Source: an uncultured Ignavibacteria bacterium (GTDB lineage Bacteria; Bacteroidota; Ignavibacteria; SZUA-365). From it: DNA of 64,000 nucleotides. The stretch spans positions 16,072 to 80,071 of the forward strand of contig CAJXVM010000014.1 of NCBI GenBank assembly GCA_913061095.1. Direction: 5' to 3'. The position numbers and the translations under genes are program-made. The notes beneath the pieces are model-generated. The model was not told the DNA's origin, did no database searches, and saw nothing but the letters and a program-made list of their open reading frames with translations. Shown here in pieces: positions 12,752-20,431 of this stretch; the stretch's first letter is position 1; every line of letters starts with the position of its first letter.

Positions 12752-14011
12752 ATGAAGGAAAGAACTGTCACGTGCCTGCTGCTGGCGGCAATTCTGCTGT
12801 GTCCGCATCCGATGGCCGCACAGGAAGATGCCGGTGCGTCGCCGCTCATCGCGGATTCCGTGCGCGCCGCCTGGCATGCCGCGCTGGCGGACGACGACAG
12901 CGCGCGCGTGCTCTGTGCCTGGTCGTTACGCACGAGCACCGGCGCGCATATCGAAAGCGTGCTGCTGCGGGCGGGACAGCGGGATGGTTTTTCAGTGCGT
13001 TCGCTCACCGATCCCGCTGCGGTCTGCGAGGATACGCATCCGGCAGTGGTGCTGCTCGCTGATGGCGGTGTGCTCGCAGGATGGCAGCGCGGATGTGCGG
13101 ACGGTAAGCGGCAGGGGCAACACGTGATGGCGGCGGTGTTCGATGCGGATTTGCGTCCGGTGAATGATGCGCTGCTGCTGAGCGATGCCATCGGACTCGC
13201 TCCCGCCGCGGGACGCCGTGTGAATGGCGATGCGGTCATGCTCTGGCAGGATTATCGCAACGGCGGGGCCGACATCTACGCGCAGCGTTTCGACCGCAAC
13301 GGCAGGGCTACCGGTACCACTGTCATGCTCAATGACGATGCGTCGCGCGCCCTGCAGGGTCCGCCGCGCGTGGCCGCCGACTGCGGGGATGAATTCCTCG
13401 CGGTGTGGCCCGACAATCGCGAGGACAACATGTGGAAATTCATGGCCGCATCATTCGATGGCGCACAGGCGGGACGCAACCTTCTCGTGGATTCCGCACA
13501 GCGCAAGGCGATGACCATGCTCGTGTCGGGCGTGGCCATGCCGGGGGACTCGGCGCTGTTCGCCTGGAAGGATTACCGCGAGGGACACAGCAACGTGTAT
13601 CTGCGGCGCGCGGATCTGCGCGGCGGCACGCTGTCGCCGGCCGAGCGGCTGAACGACGACACGACCGATCGCTGGCAGCGACAGCCGGTGCTTGACAGCG
13701 ACGGCCGCGGCAATGTCGTGGCCTGCTGGGAGGATTACCGCCATTCGCTGCGCAATCAGAAAGGCGATATTTACATGCAGGTGTTCGCCCGCGACGGCAG
13801 CCGTATCGGCGCGAATCGGCGGGTCAATGACGACACCACGCGCGTCGCCCGGAAGATGCCGCGGATTGCGATGCTGCGCGACGGCAGCTACCTTGTGGTG
13901 TGGCATCAGGGGGATGATGGGAATTTCGAACTGTACGGACAGTGGTTCCGGTATCCGGCCGAGCGCATCGGCCGTAATTTCCGCATCAGCCTCAGCGAGG
14001 ACGACAGGTAG
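12752..14011 (+). CDS. Secreted repeat protein, about seven ~50-aa blade-like repeats (probable beta-propeller), function unknown
   Basis: Signal peptide 'CLLLAAILLCPHPMAAQ'. Recurring 'W(Q/K/E)DYR...(D)IY.Q.F.R.G' units occur, e.g. 'WQDYRNGGADIYAQRFDRNG', 'WKDYREGHSNVYLRRADLRG' and 'WEDYRHSLRNQKGDIYMQVFARDG'. Confidence 0.6.
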   Translation: MKERTVTCLLLAAILLCPHPMAAQEDAGASPLIADSVRAAWHAALADDDSARVLCAWSLRTSTGAHIESVLLRAGQRDGFSVRSLTDPAAVCEDTHPAVVLLADGGVLAGWQRGCADGKRQGQHVMAAVFDADLRPVNDALLLSDAIGLAPAAGRRVNGDAVMLWQDYRNGGADIYAQRFDRNGRATGTTVMLNDDASRALQGPPRVAADCGDEFLAVWPDNREDNMWKFMAASFDGAQAGRNLLVDSAQRKAMTMLVSGVAMPGDSALFAWKDYREGHSNVYLRRADLRGGTLSPAERLNDDTTDRWQRQPVLDSDGRGNVVACWEDYRHSLRNQKGDIYMQVFARDGSRIGANRRVNDDTTRVARKMPRIAMLRDGSYLVVWHQGDDGNFELYGQWFRYPAERIGRNFRISLSEDDR

Positions 14012-14014
14012 GCA

Positions 14015-14647
14015 ATGGATCGCAGAGAATTTTTCAAGCTCGGATTTCTGCAGGCGAAGGAGAAGGCACGCAAGTCCGCGCCCGAGTTCATCAGCCGCGA
14101 GATCACGCCTGCACTCATCGACGTGAGCATACTCACCGAGCATGCCGAGCATGCGGAGCGGCTCGCTGACGAGATGCTGCCCGAGCATTTCGGTGATCGC
14201 TTTCTGCGGCTCAAGCAGAGCCGTCTCGACGGACAGTTCCCCGGCGGCATCGTGCTGTTCGAAGGCGCGCGTCGCCGCGATTTCCACGATGGGGCCTCTC
14301 TGTTCTATGCCGCCCTGCGCGAGATGGAGGCGGAGCTGCATCTCGACGACGTGCAGAACGATCCGGTGCTGCTGCGCTACATCAACCGCATGCCGGCATT
14401 CAGCCGCACGGCCGACGTATTTCATCGCGGGAAACAGATTGCCGGACTTCCCCTCTACGAGGAAGGAGAGTACGACGTGTCGGGCACGCTCGGGGATATG
14501 CGTCTCGTTGTCGGGAACAAACATCTTTACGTTGCGGAAGCCCCCTGTCCGCACGGCATATGCCGCGCGCATCCTCCCATCATCACTCCCGGGCAGCGCA
14601 TCACCTGCGTGCCCTGCGAGATCAGCATCGTCATCGGTATTCAATAA
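14015..14647 (+). CDS. Protein with C-terminal NusG domain II-like (DUF1312-type) module; N-terminal 130 aa unassigned
   Basis: Starts 3 nt after the stop of 12752-14011. The C-terminus 'LYVAEAPCPHGICRAHPPIITPGQRITCVPCEISIVIG' fits the NusG_II pattern (eA.CP..iC...G.I..Gq.I.C.P..v.I.i) as I recall it. Confidence 0.5.
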   Translation: MDRREFFKLGFLQAKEKARKSAPEFISREITPALIDVSILTEHAEHAERLADEMLPEHFGDRFLRLKQSRLDGQFPGGIVLFEGARRRDFHDGASLFYAALREMEAELHLDDVQNDPVLLRYINRMPAFSRTADVFHRGKQIAGLPLYEEGEYDVSGTLGDMRLVVGNKHLYVAEAPCPHGICRAHPPIITPGQRITCVPCEISIVIGIQ

Positions 14648-14675
14648 AAAAACCGGAGCGCATGCTCCGGTTTTT
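14646..14675. terminator. Bidirectional intrinsic terminator between convergent genes
   Basis: 'aaaaaaa ccggagc gcat gctccgg ttttt': a 7-bp GC stem flanked by an A-run and a T-run. Confidence 0.7.
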
Positions 14676-14730
14676 CGTGTCTGTGAAGCGCAGCGTCCTG
14701 TGGACGCGCGTCGCGCCGCAGCGCGGATGA

Positions 14731-15453
14731 TTACTTCACGGCTTTCTTGATCGCGGGCTCGTCGTACCCGATGGTCACATCCTTCTTGCCCTTGACAATC
14801 GGGCGCTTGATGAGCATCGGATCGTTCGCCAGTGCGCTGACAGCCTGTTCCTTGTTGAGTTTGTCAACCTTGGTTTTCCAGTTTCCCTTCTGGTAGGCGG
14901 CACCGGACGTGTTGAAGACCTGCTTGTAGTTGTCGACGCCCTTGAGTGCGTCGCGGAGCAGGGTCTTCGGCGGCTTTTCCTGCTTGAGGTCACGGAACGC
15001 GTACTTAACCTTGTTCTTGTCGAGAAGCTTCTCCGCCTTGCGGGTGGACTGGCACTGCTTGATGCCCCAGACCTCGACGGCCGGCTTTTTCACCGGCGCC
15101 TTTTTCACGGCTGCCTTCTTCGTTGCGGTTTTCTTCGCGGCGACCTTCTTTGTGGCAGCCTTCTTCGTGGCCTTCTTTGGTGCAACCTTCTTCCGGACGG
15201 TCTTCTTCGGTGCGGCTTTCTTCACCGAGGCACGCTTTGCGGCCTTGGCTTTGGCGGCCGGTTTTTTCGCGACGGCTTTCTTCTTTGTTGCAGCTTTCTT
15301 CGGCGCGGCCTTTTTCTTCGGCGCGGCCTTTTTCTTCGGCGCGGCCTTTTTCTTCGGCGCGGCCTTTTTCTTCGGCGCGGCCTTTTTCACTGCCCTCTTG
15401 GCTGGCGCAGCCTTCTTGGCAGGCGCTTTCTTCGCTGCAGTTTTCTTCGCCAT
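14731..15453 (-). CDS. Fusion protein: N-terminal histone H1-like Lys/Ala/Pro-rich tail (~125 aa) plus C-terminal ArsC/Spx/YffB-family thioredoxin-fold domain
   Basis: 'MAKKTAAKKAPAKKAAPAKR...(KKKAAP)x5...' is followed by 'VWGIKQCQSTRKAEKLLDKNKVKYAFRDL...LIKRPIV', the ArsC-family N-terminal Cys motif and C-terminal signature. Confidence 0.75.
   Translation of the reverse strand: MAKKTAAKKAPAKKAAPAKRAVKKAAPKKKAAPKKKAAPKKKAAPKKKAAPKKAATKKKAVAKKPAAKAKAAKRASVKKAAPKKTVRKKVAPKKATKKAATKKVAAKKTATKKAAVKKAPVKKPAVEVWGIKQCQSTRKAEKLLDKNKVKYAFRDLKQEKPPKTLLRDALKGVDNYKQVFNTSGAAYQKGNWKTKVDKLNKEQAVSALANDPMLIKRPIVKGKKDVTIGYDEPAIKKAVK
15298..15387. repeat. Perfect 18-nt x 5 tandem repeat inside the CDS (encodes KKKAAP x5)
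   Basis: 'cttcggcgcggccttttt' is repeated five times without mismatch. Confidence 0.95.
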
Positions 15454-15498
15454 AGTGTTTCCTCCTTGAAGTGAGACGTGTGTGAGAGTGACCGTATG

Positions 15499-16326
15499 TC
15501 ACGTTTTCCGTTCTCGTTCCTTGGTCGGTTGCGGCCGCTGCGGATACACGCCGTTCAGCGCGTCACGAATGACCGCCTTGGTCGATTCGGGAAAGCTGCC
15601 TTCCAGTATCCACTGGATGTAGTCGCGTTCGCGTTCGATAATCTGTTTCAGTGATGTGCCACGGTGTTTGCCAAACGAAATAATAACATTATTTCCTTGC
15701 CACACAAGTTTGCCCTCATCGTCCACCCACGACGGGTCCTGCGGGTGTACAAGCGTTTCGAGTTTCCCGATGTCGCGGGGCAGATCGTCATAGCGCCGCA
15801 GCTGTGCGTCGAATATCTCAGCGGTGGCACGTACGTCGGCCATCGCTCCGTGTGCGCCGACGTGCTCGCGTCCGCAGTAGAAACGCAGGGCGGCACTCAG
15901 GTCGCGAGGTTCGCGCATATGGAAAATGGTCTGCACGTCGATCACACGCCGTCCGTTCATGTCGAGCTCCAGTGCGCATCGCCTGAACTCTTCCTGCAGC
16001 AGCGGCAGGTCGAAGCGCCGCACGTTGAAGCCGCTCATATCACAGTCGTCGAGAAATTCAATAAGACGCGATGCAATCTGTGCGAAGGTCGGTTCGAGTG
16101 CGACGTCGGCATCGGTGATGCCGTGCACCGCTGACGCCTCGGCGGGAATGGGGATTTCAGGATTGATACGATGTTCGAAGCTGCGGCTGCCGCCACGGGG
16201 CAGGTATTTCAGGACGGCAATTTCAACGATGCGGTCGTGACGTGGATTGATGCCGGTGGTTTCGAGGTCGAAGAATGCCAGCGGCTTCTTGAGTGGCAGC
16301 ATGTGTTGCGCGGATGGGGATGTCAC
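15499..16326 (-). CDS. DnaQ-like 3'-5' exonuclease domain protein with ExoX-like C-terminal extension
   Basis: Exo motif I 'FFDLETTG', motif II 'SGFNVRRFDLPLL', motif III 'HGAMADV'. An alternative ATG lies at 16302. Confidence 0.8.
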   Translation of the reverse strand: MTSPSAQHMLPLKKPLAFFDLETTGINPRHDRIVEIAVLKYLPRGGSRSFEHRINPEIPIPAEASAVHGITDADVALEPTFAQIASRLIEFLDDCDMSGFNVRRFDLPLLQEEFRRCALELDMNGRRVIDVQTIFHMREPRDLSAALRFYCGREHVGAHGAMADVRATAEIFDAQLRRYDDLPRDIGKLETLVHPQDPSWVDDEGKLVWQGNNVIISFGKHRGTSLKQIIERERDYIQWILEGSFPESTKAVIRDALNGVYPQRPQPTKERERKT

Positions 16327-16448
16327 TGTGCGGTCTGCACCTCGTGCGTTGATGACTCGAGCGAAGACAGTTTCATCTCACAATCAATTTACGTAATAAT
16401 GAAACGATCAATCAAGAGAGAAGGCACGATGCCGGAGGTAGAATCCCC

Positions 16449-17570
16449 ATGACTGCAAAACGCCGTGAAGCAATCTCTTCCGTCACGTTCATCGATCCAC
16501 GCCGCCTGACACGCAGGCTGACGCGTGGACGAATGCGCAAACCCGCCGGACTCCCGCCCGGTACCGTCGTGTACACCGGCGAGAAGCGTGAGGGTGCCGC
16601 GGAACTCTTCCTCGTTCATTACATGCGTGACGACATCACCGAACACAGCGTCACACTCGGCGAGCTTCCGGATGCTGCCAGTGCGGAGGGCGTGACATGG
16701 ATACAGCTGCGCGGCATTCATGATGTCGAAGCCGTGCAGCGTGTCGGCGAAACCTTCGCGCTGCATCCGCTGACACTCGAAGATATTGCGAACACGGAAC
16801 ACCGCGCGAAGATCGAAGAATTCGACGACTACCTCTTCGTTATCCTGCGTCACCTTCGCGCCGACGAGAGCGACGCGCTGACGGATGAAAACATCGCGCT
16901 TGTACTCACGCGCAGTGTTGTTCTTTCCTTCTCCCAGGCGGAGCAGGACATCTTCGATTCGATCCGTGAACGCATCAAGGCGGCCCACGGGCGCTTCCGT
17001 GCGCGCGGCGCGGACTATCTCTTCTACACACTCATCGATGCCGTCGTGGATCATTACGTCAACATTCTCGAGGCCGCGGACGACCAGCTCGAGGCGCTCG
17101 AAGATGAAATCATCGAGCAGCCGACGCGTGAGACCGTGGCACGCCTGCATGTGCTGCGCCGCAACCTTCTGCAGCTGCGCAAAGCCGTGCTGCCGCTGCG
17201 CGATGTACTCACCCAGATGCAGCGCGACGATACGGATATGATCGGCGATGACATCAGCATGTTCCTCCACGACGTGCAGGATCACGTCATGCATATCATC
17301 GAGACGATCGAAAGCGACCGCGAGACGATCGGCGGACTGCTCGACATGTACATGTCGCATGAGAGCAACCGTATGAACGAGGTGATGAAAGTGCTCACAA
17401 TCATCGCGACGGTATTCATCCCTCTCACCTTTATTGCCGGATTGTACGGCATGAATTTCGAGTACATGCCGGAGCTGCGTATCCCATGGGCATATCCCGC
17501 CGTGCTCGCGCTGATGGCGGTTGTCGGTGTGATCATGTTCGTCTTTTTCAAACGACGCCACTGGCTGTAG
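16449..17570 (+). CDS. corA: Magnesium/cobalt transporter CorA
   Basis: 'YGMNFEYMPEL' GMN motif between two C-terminal TM helices. Length is typical. Confidence 0.9.
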   Translation: MTAKRREAISSVTFIDPRRLTRRLTRGRMRKPAGLPPGTVVYTGEKREGAAELFLVHYMRDDITEHSVTLGELPDAASAEGVTWIQLRGIHDVEAVQRVGETFALHPLTLEDIANTEHRAKIEEFDDYLFVILRHLRADESDALTDENIALVLTRSVVLSFSQAEQDIFDSIRERIKAAHGRFRARGADYLFYTLIDAVVDHYVNILEAADDQLEALEDEIIEQPTRETVARLHVLRRNLLQLRKAVLPLRDVLTQMQRDDTDMIGDDISMFLHDVQDHVMHIIETIESDRETIGGLLDMYMSHESNRMNEVMKVLTIIATVFIPLTFIAGLYGMNFEYMPELRIPWAYPAVLALMAVVGVIMFVFFKRRHWL

Positions 17571-17695
17571 CAGACTCACCGGCCGCCCCCAGACATGCAT
17601 CCTCCACACAGGTGTTTCTGAACCAGCGGATCGCTATTTTTGTTCGACTGTCAATGAGTATCATATTCACAATCTGCATGCGGGCAAGAAGAGCG

Positions 17696-17992
17696 ATGCT
17701 GAAGAAGAGCTATACGAGAACGAGGCGGTCCTGCCGCGTTACATTTTATCTCCCGTCCGAGGTGGATGCGGAGCAGGTCGCACTCTGTGGTGAATTCAAC
17801 GACTGGAATCCCGAACGACATCCCATGCAGCGGAAGAAAGACGGGACCTTTTATACATCGGTGTATCTCGAAGCGGGCAATGCATACCGGTACCGCTTTC
17901 TGCTCGACGGGGAGCGCTGGGAGAACGACTGGGACGCAGAGGAGTACGTGCCGAACGAGCACGGATCGGATGACTCCCTCGTCCGTGTGTGA
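17696..17992 (+). CDS. Stand-alone CBM48/AMPK-beta-type glycogen-binding domain protein
   Basis: 'VTFYLPSEVDAEQVALCGEFNDWNPERHPMQRKKDGTFYTSVYLEAGNAYRYRFLLDGERW' fits the E-set/CBM48 pattern. ATG 17696 chosen inside the longer ORF. Confidence 0.65.
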   Translation: MLKKSYTRTRRSCRVTFYLPSEVDAEQVALCGEFNDWNPERHPMQRKKDGTFYTSVYLEAGNAYRYRFLLDGERWENDWDAEEYVPNEHGSDDSLVRV

Positions 17993-18167
17993 CGATCGGG
18001 GGGACGTCTGAACCCTTCCTTCTCTCCATGCATCCAACGGGTATCGGAGCGGAAACTCCTTTCCGCTTCGCTTGAATGGTACGGGAAGAATATCCTACCT
18101 TATTGTACAATTCCATGCTGGAATGCCCGTCCGTACACAATATCCGCACCTTCATAGAGGAACTGTC

Positions 18168-19553
18168 ATGAAGACATGGACCGTCCTGTTCCTGCTGCTT
18201 GCGCTGCAGAACGTCAGCGCGCAGGAGCACGATTTCATCGAGGGACCGTTCGATTCGCCGCAGGAAATCACCGAAACCTGTCTCGGCTGCCACGAGGATG
18301 CCGGCGAAGCCGTACTCGCGACCCGGCACTGGACCTGGCTGGGTCCCGAATTCGAGACCGACGATCGCGGTGTCATCCATCTCGGCAAGCAGAATTTCAT
18401 CAACAATTTCTGTATCGGCGTGACATCGAACTGGCCGCGCTGCACGAGCTGTCACATCAGCTACGGCTGGAAGGACGATACCTTCGACCACGAGGATCCC
18501 GCCAACATCGACTGCCTTGTCTGCCACGACCAGACCGGCACTTACCGCAAGACGCCTACAGGGGCAGGGATGCCCGCTGAGGACGTCGACCTCGTCACCG
18601 TTGCGCAGAGTGTCGGCAACGGGTCGCCCTCACGGCGCAACTGCGGCGTCTGTCACTTCGACGGCGGCGGCGGCTCGGGCGTCAAGCACGGCGATCTCGA
18701 TGACAGCATGTTCGAGCCCTCCGCCGAACTCGACGTACACATGGGCGGCATGGATTTTACCTGCATCGAATGTCATACCGTCGATGACCATCAGATCGCC
18801 GGCGCGGGACACAGTTCGATGGCGGAAGACGCCAATCACATTTACTGTGCCGACTGTCACGGGGAGGAAGCGCATGAGCGGGAGATCCTGAACACGCACG
18901 CTGCAAGTGTTGCATGCGAAAGCTGCCACATCCCGGAATTCGCGCGCGAGGAGCCGACGAAGACCTGGTGGGACTGGTCGAAGGCCGGTGAGACGCGCGA
19001 CAATATCGAGGAAGCGTTCGACCGCGAGTTGTACAGCAAAAAGAAAGGGGAGTTCCGCTGGGAGAAAAACGTGGTGCCGACGTACAAGTGGACATCCGGC
19101 AAGGCGAAATACTACCTGCCCGGTGACAACATCGATCCATCCGCTCCCGTGCAGCTGAACACCATCGTGGGCACGATCAGCGATCCCGAATCGAAGATCG
19201 CGCCGTTCAAAGTCATGCGCGGAAAGCAGCCGTACGATACTGAAAACAAGTATATGATCATTCCGCATCTGTTCGGCAAGGATGGCTACTGGTCGACCTT
19301 CGACTGGGATTCCGCCTCCCGCATCGGCATGGAGGCCGCCGGCCTCGATTACTCGGGTTCGTACGCCTTCGTGGAAACTGAGATGTCTTGGCCTATCCAC
19401 CACATGGTCGCTTCATCAGACGACGCGCTCACCTGTACGAGCTGCCACGGCAAGCGCGGGGAGCAGCGCCTCGACTGGAAAGCGCTCGGGTACAGCCGTG
19501 ATCCGATCACACGCGGCACGCGCTTCGAGCAGGGGCTGGTGAACGAAGAGTAG
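18168..19553 (+). CDS. Octaheme c-type cytochrome, tetrathionate reductase (OTR) family-like
   Basis: Signal peptide 'MKTWTVLFLLLALQNVSAQ'. Eight CxxCH motifs are present (CLGCH, CTSCH, CLVCH, CGVCH, CIECH, CADCH, CESCH, CTSCH). Size is ~460 aa. AGAGGA lies upstream of the ATG. Confidence 0.85.
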   Translation: MKTWTVLFLLLALQNVSAQEHDFIEGPFDSPQEITETCLGCHEDAGEAVLATRHWTWLGPEFETDDRGVIHLGKQNFINNFCIGVTSNWPRCTSCHISYGWKDDTFDHEDPANIDCLVCHDQTGTYRKTPTGAGMPAEDVDLVTVAQSVGNGSPSRRNCGVCHFDGGGGSGVKHGDLDDSMFEPSAELDVHMGGMDFTCIECHTVDDHQIAGAGHSSMAEDANHIYCADCHGEEAHEREILNTHAASVACESCHIPEFAREEPTKTWWDWSKAGETRDNIEEAFDRELYSKKKGEFRWEKNVVPTYKWTSGKAKYYLPGDNIDPSAPVQLNTIVGTISDPESKIAPFKVMRGKQPYDTENKYMIIPHLFGKDGYWSTFDWDSASRIGMEAAGLDYSGSYAFVETEMSWPIHHMVASSDDALTCTSCHGKRGEQRLDWKALGYSRDPITRGTRFEQGLVNEE

Positions 19554-19584
19554 AAAAAAGAGGCTGTCATGCGACAGCCTCTTT
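19554..19584. terminator. Bidirectional intrinsic terminator
   Basis: 'aaaaaa gaggctgtc atgc gacagcctc ttt' lies between convergent genes. Confidence 0.7.
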
Positions 19585-19608
19585 CATCTATGATTCTATG
19601 CAATCTGT

Positions 19609-20160
19609 TCAGGCAGTGCCGGTCGGGTCGGTGAGAACTTCCTCTCCCGTTTCCCAGTTGCAGGGCGTAAGCTCACCCGACTGCAGCGCTTTGAGTACGC
19701 GCAGCGTTTCCGGGATGTTGCGTCCGACATCGAGTCCATGGACCGTCGACCACTGGACGACGCCGTCGGGATCGATGATGAACGTCGCGCGCAGCGCCAC
19801 GCCTTCATCCTTGTGCAGGATGCCAAGTGCTGAAGTGAGTTCACGCTTCTCATCGGCAAGCATCGGGAAGGGCAGATCCTTCAGATCGGGGTGTTCGTTG
19901 CGCCACGCCAGATGCACGTAGTGTCCATCCGTACTGCCGCCGAGCACCTGCGCGCCCGCTTCCTCGAAGTCCTTGTTCAGCCTTCCGAATTCGGCGATCT
20001 CCGTCGGGCAGACGAAGGTGAAATCTCGCGGCCAGAAAAACACGACCTGCCATTTGCCGGCATATGTCTTATCCGTTACGTTTGCGAATTCCTTGCCGGG
20101 TTCGCGGTTCACGACCGCCTTGAGTGCATATTCAGGAAACTTATCTCCTACCGTAAGCAT
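19609..20160 (-). CDS. ahpC: Typical 2-Cys peroxiredoxin (AhpC/Prx1 subfamily)
   Basis: 'FFWPRDFTFVCPTEI' contains the peroxidatic Cys and 'GELTPCNWETGE' the resolving Cys. ATG 20160 gives the canonical 'MLTVGDKFPEY' start. Confidence 0.9.
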   Translation of the reverse strand: MLTVGDKFPEYALKAVVNREPGKEFANVTDKTYAGKWQVVFFWPRDFTFVCPTEIAEFGRLNKDFEEAGAQVLGGSTDGHYVHLAWRNEHPDLKDLPFPMLADEKRELTSALGILHKDEGVALRATFIIDPDGVVQWSTVHGLDVGRNIPETLRVLKALQSGELTPCNWETGEEVLTDPTGTA

Positions 20161-20390
20161 CAATGCTCTCCTGTGAGAATGATGAAAGAAATGTGTTATG
20201 ATAATACGTTCTGGTTGGATCATGGATAATCCATACCAGCAATATATTTTGTCCCATCAACGGCACAACACCGTGAATCCGCGAAGAATTCCAGTGTGCG
20301 TGAACGTATTCCCTGAAAGCCGGAACAACGTGGCTATCCGCGTCAGCATTGGGACGGCCCAGGGTATTGAACAGAACCCCGTCTCATTTC

Positions 20391-20398
20391 TACATTTG
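20391..20398 (+). promoter_or_regulatory. Candidate Bacteroidota-type -7 promoter element (TAnnTTTG) for htpG
   Basis: 'TACATTTG' lies 34 nt upstream of the htpG ATG, embedded in the palindrome 'tctacatttgtaga' (20389-20402). Confidence 0.35.
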
Positions 20399-20431
20399 TA
20401 GATGTGATGAACCAAGAAGGAGTAAAGACAC

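Noticed and set aside
14015-14060. Twin-arginine (Tat) signal suggested by 'MDRREFFKLGF' at the start of the NusG_II-like ORF
   Set aside because: The RR motif is not followed by a hydrophobic h-region ('LQAKEKARKSAPEF' is charged), so it is unlikely to be a functional Tat signal.
15298-15387. Regular 18-nt repeats considered as a possible CRISPR-like or satellite array
   Set aside because: The units are contiguous with no spacers and lie in frame inside a CDS. They encode KKKAAP x5, so this is a coding microsatellite.
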